Origin: Aliivibrio fischeri ES114
Lineage (GTDB): Bacteria > Pseudomonadota > Gammaproteobacteria > Enterobacterales > Vibrionaceae
Assembly (NCBI RefSeq): GCF_000011805.1
Contig: NC_006840.2
Length of the DNA stretch: 32,000 nt
Reading direction: 5' to 3' (one strand)
Shown here: one piece after another, positions 9,465 to 18,665 of the stretch
Layout of the letters: each line of letters opens with the position of its first letter
How positions within the stretch are numbered: the stretch's first letter is position 1
The notes under the pieces: model-generated
What the model was told of the DNA's origin: nothing
Databases searched by the model: none
What the model saw: only the letters and a program-made list of their open reading frames with translations
Program-made: the position numbers and the translations under genes

Positions 9465-10862
9465 ATGGCTGATAATCGTAAGCAAAATCGCAAACCAGAC
9501 GCACAAGTTGATGCGTTAAAAGTACCACCGCATTCGTTAGAAGCTGAACAATCGGTTTTAGGTGGCTTGCTACTTGATAATGAACGCTGGGATACGGTTG
9601 CCGAAAAAGTAGTGGCAAGTGATTTTTATAGTCGCCCACATAGACTGATTTTTGAATCACTTAAAGCCATCCTAGAAGACAGTTTGCCTTTGGATTTGAT
9701 CACCTTATCAGAGCATCTTGAACGTCATGAAAATTTAGATTCGGTAGGTGGCTTTGCTTATTTAGCTGATTTAGCTAAAAACACGCCAAGTGCTGCAAAC
9801 ATTAATGCTTATGCTGATATTGTACGTGAGCGTGCAATGGTACGTAACCTGATTGGTGTTGCGAATGAGATTGCAGATGCAGGTTATGATCCTCAGGGGC
9901 GAACTTCTGAAGATTTACTTGATATGGCGGAGAGTAAAGTTTTTGCCATTGCAGAAGAGCGAACTACCGAAAATGAAGGCCCTCAAAATGTCGATTCAAT
10001 TCTAGAGAAAACGTTAGAACGTATCGAGATTTTATACCAAACTCCGCAAGATGGGGTAACGGGGGTTTCAACTGGTTTTACTGACCTCAATAAGAAAACT
10101 GCAGGTTTACAAGGGTCAGATTTGATTATCGTTGCTGCTCGTCCATCGATGGGTAAAACTACTTTTGCGATGAACTTATGTGAAAACGCAGCAATGGACC
10201 AAGATAAACCCGTCCTTATCTTTTCTTTAGAGATGCCCGCAGAACAGCTAATGATGCGTATGTTGGCTTCTCTTTCTCGTGTAGACCAAACTAAAATTCG
10301 TACCGGCCAGCTTGATGACGAAGATTGGGCTCGTATTTCTTCTACTATGGGCATTTTGACTCAGAAGAAAAACATGTATATCGATGATAGCTCAGGCTTA
10401 ACACCGACAGAATTACGTTCACGTGCTCGTCGTGTTGCGCGTGAATCGGGTGGTCTAAGTATGATCATGGTCGATTACCTTCAATTAATGCGTGTACCTG
10501 GCTTGCAAGATAACCGTACGTTAGAGATCTCTGAAATATCACGATCGTTAAAAGCGTTAGCGAAAGAGTTGAACGTTCCTGTTGTGGCGCTGTCGCAACT
10601 TAACCGTTCCCTAGAACAACGTGCAGATAAACGTCCGATTAACTCGGATTTGCGTGAATCGGGTGCGATCGAGCAGGATGCCGATTTAATCATGTTTATT
10701 TACCGTGATGAGGTATATAACCCTGAGAGTAATCGTAAAGGTATCGCTGAAATTATTATTGGTAAGCAACGTAACGGTCCTATCGGTTCTGTTAGCTTGA
10801 CTTTCCAAGGGCAATTTTCTCGTTTTGATAATTACGCAGGCCCTGCGTTTGATGATGAATAA
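9465..10862 (+). CDS. dnaB: Replicative DNA helicase DnaB
   Basis: 465 aa with N-terminal PPHSLEAEQSVLGGLL and Walker A ARPSMGKTTFAMN. The dnaB-alr adjacency matches E. coli. Confidence 0.98.
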   Translation: MADNRKQNRKPDAQVDALKVPPHSLEAEQSVLGGLLLDNERWDTVAEKVVASDFYSRPHRLIFESLKAILEDSLPLDLITLSEHLERHENLDSVGGFAYLADLAKNTPSAANINAYADIVRERAMVRNLIGVANEIADAGYDPQGRTSEDLLDMAESKVFAIAEERTTENEGPQNVDSILEKTLERIEILYQTPQDGVTGVSTGFTDLNKKTAGLQGSDLIIVAARPSMGKTTFAMNLCENAAMDQDKPVLIFSLEMPAEQLMMRMLASLSRVDQTKIRTGQLDDEDWARISSTMGILTQKKNMYIDDSSGLTPTELRSRARRVARESGGLSMIMVDYLQLMRVPGLQDNRTLEISEISRSLKALAKELNVPVVALSQLNRSLEQRADKRPINSDLRESGAIEQDADLIMFIYRDEVYNPESNRKGIAEIIIGKQRNGPIGSVSLTFQGQFSRFDNYAGPAFDDE

Positions 10863-10874
10863 TAAGGCTGAATC

Positions 10875-11957
10875 ATGAGTTATATGAAAGCGGCCACAGC
10901 GCAGATTGATATGTCTGCACTTGCCCACAATTTGCAAAAGATTAAACAACAAGCTCCGAGTAGTAAATTACTGGCTGTTGTAAAAGCAAATGGGTATGGC
11001 CATGGATTGCTGAATATCGCTAAAGGAGCTCAAGGAGCTGATGCATTTGGTGTCGCTCGTATTGAAGAGGCGCTGCAGCTTCGAGCTGGCGGTATTGTAA
11101 AACCTATTTTATTACTTGAAGGGTTCTACTCAGCAGGTGACTTGCCTATTTTGGTGACTAATAACATTCAAACGGCGATTCATTGTAAAGAGCAGTTAGA
11201 AGCATTAGAAAGTACAGACTTAGAATTTCCAGTCGTTGCTTGGTTAAAAGTAGATTCAGGTATGCACCGTTTAGGTATTCGTCCTGAAGAGTTTCAAGAA
11301 TATGTTGATAGACTACATGCTTGTAAGAATGTCGCTAAACCTTTGCGTTATATGAGCCACTTTGGCTGTGCGGATGAACTTGATAGTTCAACGACAACAG
11401 AGCAAATCGATACCTTTATGTCGCTAACAAAAGGGTGTCAGGGAGAGCGTTCTCTTGCTGCATCTGCAGGCTTATTAGCTTGGCCTGATAGTCGTTTAGA
11501 TTGGGTTCGTCCTGGCATTATTATGTATGGCGTTTCTCCATTTGCAGAACAATCAGCACAAGAGTTGGGTTATTTGCCTACGATGACTCTTACCTCTCAC
11601 TTGATCGCAGTTCGTGATGTAAAAGCGGGTGAAAGTGTTGGTTATGGTGCCATTTGGACCAGTGAGCGTGATACTAAAATTGGTGTTATTGCGATTGGCT
11701 ATGGTGATGGGTACCCTCGAACGGCTCCAAATGGTACGCCTGTGTTAGTTAATGGTCGTAAAGTCCCTATTGCGGGTCGAGTGTCTATGGACATGTTGAC
11801 CGTTGATTTAGGTCCAGATGCTCAAGATAAAGTGGGAGATGAAGCCATTTTATGGGGACGAGATCTGCCTTCTGAAGAAGTCGCAGAGCATATTGGAACT
11901 ATTGCCTACGAGTTAGTGACTAAATTAACATCACGTGTGCAAATGCAATACACCTAA
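10875..11957 (+). CDS. alr: Alanine racemase (biosynthetic type). The alternative start at ATG 10884 fits the E. coli Alr N-terminus better.
   Basis: PLP-lysine motif [11 protein letters not shown] at the expected distance from the N-terminus; 357-360 aa. Confidence 0.96.
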   Translation: MSYMKAATAQIDMSALAHNLQKIKQQAPSSKLLAVVKANGYGHGLLNIAKGAQGADAFGVARIEEALQLRAGGIVKPILLLEGFYSAGDLPILVTNNIQTAIHCKEQLEALESTDLEFPVVAWLKVDSGMHRLGIRPEEFQEYVDRLHACKNVAKPLRYMSHFGCADELDSSTTTEQIDTFMSLTKGCQGERSLAASAGLLAWPDSRLDWVRPGIIMYGVSPFAEQSAQELGYLPTMTLTSHLIAVRDVKAGESVGYGAIWTSERDTKIGVIAIGYGDGYPRTAPNGTPVLVNGRKVPIAGRVSMDMLTVDLGPDAQDKVGDEAILWGRDLPSEEVAEHIGTIAYELVTKLTSRVQMQYT

Positions 11958-13174
11958 TGAGAGTCTTCTTGAATTCATTTTCTTTTAAAAGCGCTACTGG
12001 TCTAGCGCTTTTTCTTATTTCCCACTTGGCTTTTTCAGAAAGCGATATTTGGCCAACATCTTTACCCGAAACCGCTGCTGTCCCTTTTATGTACTCATCA
12101 GAGAGTTTGGGGACTACCATAGGCGCTGCGGGTGTCATGAAAGGCGTTGGGCAACCTCAAGCAACATTGTTTGCCGCTGGTTTGTATTCCAGTAAAGGCT
12201 CTTATCTAACTTACTTATCAGCAAATAATTTTCAAATTAGCCATTCATGGTTAGTTGGCGCTAATGCTTATAATGCCAGCTTTAAAGACATGGATTACCA
12301 TCTTGGTGCTGCGGGTAATAATGATTCCTTGCCTGAACAAGAGGTGTTTACGGACAGTGTTGAAGCTCAATATCATTTAACTGCACAATATGTCTTGCCT
12401 ATCGGTAATGGGGAAAGTCTTGGGGCAAGAGCTGCGTATCAACCAGAACGAAAAATTAAGGGGTTTAATCCTCTTGATAGCGGTGTCTCGAGTATAGAGT
12501 TAAGTCCATTTTATTATTCTCGTGAATTGTCTGATGTTGCCGGATGGAATGAGCTTGAATCGAATTGGGGTATGAAGGTTCATTTTGATTGGGATAATCG
12601 AAATAGTGTTCGAAACACTACGCATGGTTCTCGCACAGAATTAGATTTTACCTATTCACCAGAAGCGAGTTCACAGCAAGAGTGGTGGACGTGGGAGTTC
12701 CAACAAAGTGCCTTTTTTGATTTAGGAAGTTTAGGCGATGTGATCAATAAACAAGTTTTGGCTTTAGATATGTATGTTGCAGATACGCCAAGTTGGGATG
12801 AGCAGCATCAACCACCTGAATACGCAGGCATAAAGTTGGGTGGGTTATATCGATTAAGAAGTTTTGGTGGTGGACGCTTTCATGGGCGATCTGCTGTGCA
12901 TTACTCTGCAGAATATCGTGTTATGCCTGATTGGCAGCCTTTAGAAGAATGGCCTATCTTTAATCTTTATGATGTGCCTTGGTGGCAGTGGGTCGCTTTT
13001 GTTGATGCCGGACGTGTGGCAGATGAATTTTCTTTATCGACACTTCATAGTGATATGAAATGGAGCGCTGGCGGTGCTATTCGTTTTCAGGTTGAAGGTA
13101 TTGTTGTTAGAACTGAAATGGCGTGGGGTAATGAAGAAAGCCAATTTAGAGTAATGATAAATCAGCCTTTCTAG
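11957..13174 (+). CDS. Omp85/BamA-superfamily outer-membrane beta-barrel protein (short form, apparently without POTRA repeats)
   Basis: Signal peptide (…FLISHLAFS/ES). The C-terminal half has surface-antigen/Omp85-like blocks (GGLYRLRSFGGGRFHG, VAFVDAGRV, WSAGGAIRF) and a terminal aromatic residue (…INQPF). The ATG shares its A with the alr stop (TAATG). Confidence 0.7.
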   Translation: MRVFLNSFSFKSATGLALFLISHLAFSESDIWPTSLPETAAVPFMYSSESLGTTIGAAGVMKGVGQPQATLFAAGLYSSKGSYLTYLSANNFQISHSWLVGANAYNASFKDMDYHLGAAGNNDSLPEQEVFTDSVEAQYHLTAQYVLPIGNGESLGARAAYQPERKIKGFNPLDSGVSSIELSPFYYSRELSDVAGWNELESNWGMKVHFDWDNRNSVRNTTHGSRTELDFTYSPEASSQQEWWTWEFQQSAFFDLGSLGDVINKQVLALDMYVADTPSWDEQHQPPEYAGIKLGGLYRLRSFGGGRFHGRSAVHYSAEYRVMPDWQPLEEWPIFNLYDVPWWQWVAFVDAGRVADEFSLSTLHSDMKWSAGGAIRFQVEGIVVRTEMAWGNEESQFRVMINQPF

Positions 13175-13388
13175 ATATTTATAAGAAAAATGAAGTGAAC
13201 TCTAGTGTTCTTTCATTTGGATTGGGATAATGTTCACTAATAAAAGTTTTAATGTGACCTAACTCAAAAAGGGTGAGCGTAGTTTTGGTCATAATAAATA
13301 AAGTTCACCAATTTTTAGATTCGTATAAACGGGGAGTTCTTAGCTACGACTTGGAACTTACAAGCATATTACACAGGATATTTTTACC

Positions 13389-15041
13389 ATGTTAAAAAAC
13401 ATCAACCCAACAGAAACTCAAGCTTGGGCAGACTTAACAGCGCACTTTGAAACAGCACAAGATTTTAATTTATCAGATTTATTTGCTGCTGATGCACAAC
13501 GTTTCGATAAGTTTTCAGCAACGTTTGGCCAAGATATTTTAGTCGATTTTTCTAAAAACTTAATTACTGAAGAAACAATGAAGAAGTTGTTTGCACTTGC
13601 TGAGCAAACAGAATTATCTTCAGCAATTACAGCGATGTTCAGTGGTGAAAAAATCAATAAAACTGAAGGTCGTTCAGTGCTTCATACTGCACTTCGTAAC
13701 CGTAGCAACACACCAGTGATGGTTGATGGTGAAGATGTAATGCCTGCAGTAAATGCAGTATTAGAAAAAATGAAAGGCTTCACAGAGCGTCTAATTTCTG
13801 GTGAGTGGAAAGGTTACACAGGCAAAGAAATTACGGATATCGTAAATATCGGTATCGGCGGTTCAGACCTTGGTCCATACATGGTATCTGAAGCTCTAGC
13901 ACCATACAAAACGCGTCTAAATATGCACTTTGTTTCTAACGTAGATGGTACGCACATTGTTGAAACACTGAAGCCGCTAAACCCAGAGACGACATTATTC
14001 TTAATCGCCTCTAAGACGTTCACAACTCAAGAAACAATGACGAACGCACACAGCGCTCGTGATTGGTTCCTTGCTGAAGCTGGTGATCAAGCACACGTTG
14101 CTAAACACTTCGCGGCACTATCAACAAACGCACAGTCTGTATCTGAGTTTGGTATTGATACTGACAATATGTTTGAATTCTGGGATTGGGTTGGTGGTCG
14201 TTACTCACTATGGTCTGCTATCGGTCTTTCTATCGCATTAGCGGTTGGTTTTGATAACTTTATTGAGTTGTTAGAAGGTGCTCATGAAGTAGATAAGCAC
14301 TTCGCTGAAACCGATCTTGAAAATAACGTACCTGTTATCTTAGCGCTAATTGGCTTATGGTATAACAACTTCCACGGTGCTGAATCTGAATCTATTCTTC
14401 CATACGACCAATACTTACACCGTTTTGCTGCGTACTTCCAACAAGGCAACATGGAGTCAAATGGTAAGTGTGTTGATCGTAATGGTAACCCTGTTGATTA
14501 CCAAACAGGTCCAATTATTTGGGGTGAACCTGGTACAAATGGCCAACATGCGTTCTACCAATTAATTCACCAAGGTACAAAACTTATCCCTTGTGATTTT
14601 ATTGCTCCAGCAATCAGCCACAACCAAGTAGGCGATCATCATCAAAAACTGATGTCTAACTTCTTCGCACAAACTGAAGCGTTAGCGTTTGGTAAAACAG
14701 AAGAGACAGTGAAAGCAGAATTTGCTGCTGCAGGTAAAACAGAAGCTGAAGTCGCTGAGCTTGTACCATTTAAAGTATTTGAAGGTAACCGTCCAACGAA
14801 CTCAATTCTTGTTAAACAAGTTACTCCTAAAACACTAGGTAACCTTATCGCAATGTACGAACACAAAATTTTCGTTCAAGGTGTGATTTGGAATATTTTC
14901 AGCTTCGACCAATGGGGCGTAGAGCTTGGTAAGCAACTGGCTAACCAAATTCTTCCTGAGTTAGCTGATGATAAAGCGGTAACGTCTCACGACAGTTCAA
15001 CAAACGGTTTAATTAACGCATTTAAAGCGTTTCAAGCTTAA
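13389..15041 (+). CDS. pgi: Glucose-6-phosphate isomerase
   Basis: 550 aa with the PGI signature [15 protein letters not shown] and a length matching enterobacterial and Vibrio Pgi. Confidence 0.98.
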
Positions 15042-15067
15042 TCATTAGCTTATTGCGTTAACTAATT

Positions 15068-15099
15068 AAAAAGAGCTGACTTCGGTCGGCTCTTTTTTT
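15068..15099 (+). terminator. Rho-independent terminator of pgi
   Basis: AGAGCTGAC-ttcg-GTCGGCTCT stem with one G-U pair, followed by TTTTTTT, 27 nt after the pgi stop. Confidence 0.8.
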
Positions 15100-15112
15100 A
15101 GATATTACAGGC

Positions 15113-15144
15113 AATAAAAAAGGTTGATACCTAAATATCAACCT
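15113..15144 (-). terminator. Rho-independent terminator of the zur-cheX transcript
   Basis: Perfect 9-bp stem AGGTTGATA/TATCAACCT with a 6-nt loop. On the minus strand it is followed by TTTTTTATT. Confidence 0.7.
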
Positions 15145-15152
15145 CTATCGTT

Positions 15153-15197
15153 CTAGTCCCTAGTCCCTAGTCCCTAGTCCCTAGTCCCTAGTCCCTA
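15153..15197. repeat. Perfect tandem heptanucleotide repeat (CTAGTCC) x 6.4
   Basis: Counted directly: six full CTAGTCC units at 15153-15194 plus CTA. The array starts immediately after the cheX stop codon (15198-15200) and ends 8 nt before the terminator stem. Confidence 0.95.
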
Positions 15198-15659
15198 TTA
15201 CTCAAAACAGATCTCAATAAATGCATTACCCCATTCTGAAGCAAATGGCATGATAATGATCGCACCTTCACATTTATGAGTAATGGTATGGCCTTTACCT
15301 GATACAACGATAGGCGTTGCCATATTAAATTCAAAGCCACTTTCAGAAAGAATGCGCTTTGCACCACCCGTAACCATATTGGTAATTTCACCAACCATGT
15401 CAGTCACTTCTTCATTAATGCTGTTTGGGCGTTCACCCAACATGTTTTGCATTACTTGTAGAGCAAGTTGCTCATCAAAAGTAATCGACATTGAACCTTT
15501 ACTTTGAGGGCCAACCATTCCTATTAGGCCTGATACATCACCACGGGCAATTTCATCTTTTTTGATACGAGGCTTTTGAGGTTTTAAGTCCATTGATGCC
15601 ATCGTTTTAATAACATTCATAAATGAAGCTAAGAATGGGTTTACAAATTCAGCGCGCAT
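15198..15659 (-). CDS. cheX: CheX-type (CheC-superfamily) CheY-P phosphatase-like protein
   Basis: 153 aa with a single ExxN active-site-like motif in VGEITNMVTGGAK. The N-terminus EFVNPFLASFMNVIKTM is typical of CheX. Confidence 0.8.
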   Translation of the reverse strand: MRAEFVNPFLASFMNVIKTMASMDLKPQKPRIKKDEIARGDVSGLIGMVGPQSKGSMSITFDEQLALQVMQNMLGERPNSINEEVTDMVGEITNMVTGGAKRILSESGFEFNMATPIVVSGKGHTITHKCEGAIIIMPFASEWGNAFIEICFE

Positions 15660-15686
15660 GGTGAGTGATGTCCTTTAAATATTATT

Positions 15687-16136
15687 TTAATTTTTCTTAT
15701 TGTTACTTAAACAAGTCTTGCAAGTGCCATGAGTTTCAACAATATGGTTCTCAACTGAAAAGCCGATTTGTTCAGCATGCTTAGTTAGCTGCTTAGTAAT
15801 ATCATTATCATGGAATTCAACAACGTCATCGCAAGTTCGACAGATGAAAAGTTGTGAGAAATGAGCGTGTTCACCGATCACACAGCAAGAAATATAGCTA
15901 TTTATTGATTCGACCTTATGCACAAAACCTTGAGTGACCAAAAAATCTAATGCTCGATAGATGGTTGGCGGCTTTGCTTGGGGTTCTATTTGTTTTAATT
16001 GTTCTAATAGATCATAAGCACTGATCGCCCCCTGATGAGTCACAATCAGCTCTAAAACAGTTAATCGTTGTGGAGTTAACCTTACTCCACGTTGTTGGCA
16101 TAGCAGCTCAACCTTTTGTTTTTGTGTACGATTCAA
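15687..16136 (-). CDS. zur: Zinc uptake regulator Zur (Fur family)
   Basis: 149 aa with a winged-helix N-terminus (LTPQRLTVLELI) and two CxxC pairs (CRTC, CKTC). It is divergent from dusA, as at the E. coli zur/dusA locus. Confidence 0.88.
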   Translation of the reverse strand: MNRTQKQKVELLCQQRGVRLTPQRLTVLELIVTHQGAISAYDLLEQLKQIEPQAKPPTIYRALDFLVTQGFVHKVESINSYISCCVIGEHAHFSQLFICRTCDDVVEFHDNDITKQLTKHAEQIGFSVENHIVETHGTCKTCLSNNKKN

Positions 16137-16315
16137 TGAAAATATGTCTTATTTTTTGAACAAGTTGAGGAGTTTAACATAACTCTCGTTATTTTTTATC
16201 CACTATTTAGAGAATTATTATTTGTTATGTGAGTTGCCTAATAGAGTTTATGGGATGGTTGTTTGTGTTCTTATTATGTTAGAATTGAGGCCTTGATCAC
16301 TGAAAGAATTAACCT

Positions 16316-17302
16316 ATGAGCTCTTATCCACTACAACGTTTTTCTGTTGCCCCTATGCTTGATTGGACAGATCGTCACTGTCGTTACTTCCATCGTCAAT
16401 TATCTGAGCATGCGCTTTTATATACTGAGATGGTAACTACAGGTGCGATCATTCATGGTAAAGGTGATTTTCTTGCGTATAACGAAGAAGAGCATCCAGT
16501 AGCTTTGCAGCTAGGCGGTTCAAACGTTAAAGATTTAGTTCATTGTGCGAAATTAGCAGCAGAACGTGGTTACGATGAAGTAAACCTAAATGTGGGCTGT
16601 CCATCAGATCGAGTACAAAATGGCCGTTTTGGTGCTTGTTTAATGGCAGAACCAGACTTAGTAGCTGAATGTGTCGCTGAAATGAAAGCGGTTGTTGATA
16701 TTCCAGTAACGGTAAAAACCCGTATTGGTATTGATGACCAAGACAGCTATGAGTTTTTAACTAAGTTTGTTTCAACAGTTCATGAAAAGGGCGGTTGTGA
16801 TCAATTTACTATTCATGCTCGTAAAGCATGGTTAAGTGGTTTAAGCCCGAAAGAAAACCGCGAGATCCCGCCACTTGATTACCCACGTGCGTATCAAATT
16901 AAGAAAGATTTCCCACAATTAATTATTGCGGTTAATGGTGGTATTAAAACATTATCGGAAGCAAAAGAGCATTTAGAGCATTTAGACGGTGTGATGATTG
17001 GACGTGAGGCTTACCAAAGTCCGTATTTATTAGCGGAAGTTGATCAACAACTTTTTGGTAGTGACAAACCAATTAAAAAGCGTCGTGAGATTGTTGAGTC
17101 TATGTACCCATATATTGAACGTCAGCTAGAGAATGGAGCTTACTTAGGCCATATTACTCGTCATATGTTAGGTCTATTCCAAAGCATGCCGGGTGCGAGA
17201 CAATGGCGTCGTTATATCAGCGAAAATGCGCATAAGCCAGGAGCAGGCATTGAAGTGGTAAAAACAGCACTTGCTAAAATTCCTTCTGAATTAGATGTAT
17301 AG
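16316..17302 (+). CDS. dusA: tRNA-dihydrouridine(20/20a) synthase DusA
   Basis: 328 aa with N-terminal [17 protein letters not shown] and the catalytic-Cys block [10 protein letters not shown]. Confidence 0.95.
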   Translation: MSSYPLQRFSVAPMLDWTDRHCRYFHRQLSEHALLYTEMVTTGAIIHGKGDFLAYNEEEHPVALQLGGSNVKDLVHCAKLAAERGYDEVNLNVGCPSDRVQNGRFGACLMAEPDLVAECVAEMKAVVDIPVTVKTRIGIDDQDSYEFLTKFVSTVHEKGGCDQFTIHARKAWLSGLSPKENREIPPLDYPRAYQIKKDFPQLIIAVNGGIKTLSEAKEHLEHLDGVMIGREAYQSPYLLAEVDQQLFGSDKPIKKRREIVESMYPYIERQLENGAYLGHITRHMLGLFQSMPGARQWRRYISENAHKPGAGIEVVKTALAKIPSELDV

Positions 17303-17420
17303 ATTTTAGCCACTCTGTCGATAAATTAAGTTAGATACGTAAAAGAAGAGTATATAAATAAACCAAATCGTTTATTATTACTTCATATGAACCAAATAGC
17401 GTCGCAAATGGAGACTACGC

Positions 17421-18122
17421 ATGAACAAACTATCCCTCGCCACTGTTGTTGCTTCTGCTGCCTTAGTTATGGCAGTACCTGCACATTCAGCAGAGAAGGA
17501 ATTTACAACTAAAGTTGCTATTGATGCGTGGTTCCCTGATGGAAAAGTTGGTTCTAAAGATGGAGCAGTAAGAGATAATGATGTTGATGCATCACAAGCT
17601 TTCTCTATTGCGTTTGAACATCCATACCCAATTTTACCTAATGTAAAAGTACGTTATACACCAGTAAAAGCGGATCGTTTTGAATACGATCAAATTGACT
17701 ACACCGGTTACTATAAATTATTAGAAACTGATGGTCTGCAATTTGATGTGGGTTTAACACTAACTCAATTTGCAAACGGTGAATTTAATAAAGGTGGTTC
17801 TGTTTCTACTGACCCTGCCCAACCTGCAAACCAGAGTTTTAGCGAAACAGCAATAAACATGTATGCTGATGCATCGATGCACATTCCAAATACAAACTTC
17901 CATATTTTTGGTCAGTATGATTTTGGTAGCAGTAGTGATACTCGTACAATGGATGGTCAAGCTGGTGTGAAATACATTCTTCCTGTTGATGCTGTCGATG
18001 TTGAATTTAAACTTGGTTATCGTGTAATGGATCATGAGTTTGGTTATTTTGAAGGCTTTGATAGTGACCAAGCAAACGTCATGGTTGATGGCTGGTTTGG
18101 TGGTTTGTCGTTTGATTTCTAA
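17421..18122 (+). CDS. Uncharacterised outer-membrane beta-barrel protein
   Basis: Signal peptide (…VMAVPAHS/AE), alternating amphipathic beta-strand pattern, and a C-terminal OMP signature ending in Phe (GGLSFDF). I cannot assign a family. Confidence 0.65.
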   Translation: MNKLSLATVVASAALVMAVPAHSAEKEFTTKVAIDAWFPDGKVGSKDGAVRDNDVDASQAFSIAFEHPYPILPNVKVRYTPVKADRFEYDQIDYTGYYKLLETDGLQFDVGLTLTQFANGEFNKGGSVSTDPAQPANQSFSETAINMYADASMHIPNTNFHIFGQYDFGSSSDTRTMDGQAGVKYILPVDAVDVEFKLGYRVMDHEFGYFEGFDSDQANVMVDGWFGGLSFDF

Positions 18123-18163
18123 TCGATAAAAACTGTATCAACAATAACGAATTATTTTTAAGG

Positions 18164-18197
18164 TAGCGATTCAGGTGACTGAGTCGCTATTTTTTTA
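18164..18197 (+). terminator. Rho-independent terminator after the OMP gene
   Basis: TAGCGATTCAG-gtga-CTGAGTCGCTA stem with one G-U pair, followed by TTTTTTT. Confidence 0.8.
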
Positions 18198-18293
18198 TTT
18201 TAAATTTGCTCAAATTACGTTTATTGACCATGCTTATAAAGTGGATACTGCCATAAGTTGTGTTATGGCTGTTGTCGTAAGAAGGATGCCGTT

Positions 18294-18524
18294 ATGACCA
18301 CTTTAAGTGAATTAAAATTAATGTATCAAGAAGATCAATTGGTTGAAGCAGTAATAGAACCCGTTATTGTTGAAGACTCTTGGATCGTTGAATTTCGCCA
18401 TGTCCGTGGTGGTCTGGTTTTATTAACGGATTTAAAAGGAGGAGAGGTGAAATATCGTGATTTAGAAGCAGCCTCAAAGAGCGCATTGGCTGTTGGTTTT
18501 AGTCAGGTAAGAATCAACGAATAA
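18294..18524 (+). CDS. Hypothetical 76-aa acidic protein. The ORF track extends it to 18258, but ATG 18294 has an AAGGA SD.
   Basis: Open frame MTTLSELKLMYQEDQLVEAVIEPV… with AAGGA 6 nt upstream of the ATG. It has no signal peptide, no TM segment and no motif I recognise. Confidence 0.55.
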   Translation: MTTLSELKLMYQEDQLVEAVIEPVIVEDSWIVEFRHVRGGLVLLTDLKGGEVKYRDLEAASKSALAVGFSQVRINE

Positions 18525-18629
18525 ACGATAAAAGTCATCCCATTAACGCAAAGCAACCATTTCTTTCTTCCAAAAAGTTATAAAACATACTTATCTATTC
18601 TTTCTTGTTATAGAAAATTCTCGCTAATC

Positions 18630-18665
18630 TAACATGACGCAATGAATAGGGATGTCGTCATGTTA
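18630..18665 (+). promoter_or_regulatory. 10-bp perfect inverted repeat spanning the cysJ translation start (TAACATGACG…CGTCATGTTA)
   Basis: Read directly from the sequence. The right arm contains the homology-supported cysJ ATG (18660), and the 16-nt loop carries the AGGGA SD. Confidence 0.35.

Noticed and set aside
9983-10354. 123-aa ORF antisense to dnaB. The same applies to the ORFs at 10481-10693 and 10686-10952.
   Set aside because: These are shadow ORFs within or overlapping a highly conserved helicase gene, with no independent signals.
13195-13308. Three GTGAAC/GTTCAC hexamers and a weak hairpin in the 214-bp gap upstream of pgi
   Set aside because: The hexamers are irregularly spaced and the same hexamer occurs elsewhere (for example at 26421). 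The candidate hairpin needs bulges. This is insufficient to call a regulator site, terminator or sRNA.
15153-15197. Possibility that the short repeat array is a CRISPR or a telomere-like element
   Set aside because: The units are contiguous 7-mers with no spacers and no cas genes are present. The unit does not match known telomeric heptamers. It is treated as a simple VNTR.
16196-16204. DnaA-box-like 9-mer TTATCCACT (8/9 match to TTATCCACA)
   Set aside because: It is a single, imperfect copy with no cluster and no oriC context, so it is expected by chance in AT-rich DNA.
16137-16315. Search for a Zur box (TGTTAT…ATAACA palindrome) in the zur/dusA divergent region
   Set aside because: I found only isolated half-site-like hexamers (TGTTAT near 16224, ATAAC/GTTAT around 16179-16192) and no full palindrome, so I cannot support a site by eye.
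17760-18071. 103-aa ORF antisense to the OM barrel gene
   Set aside because: Its Ile/Thr/Lys-rich translation is typical of an AT-rich antisense frame, while the sense frame has a signal peptide and the C-terminal OMP signature.
18642-18659. Upstream ATG used by the ORF track for cysJ. Similar extensions occur for cpdB (29139) and the 76-aa ORF (18258).
   Set aside because: Homology spacing (cysJ) and SD positions (cpdB, small ORF) favour the downstream starts. The extensions add non-conserved residues or lack ribosome-binding sites.
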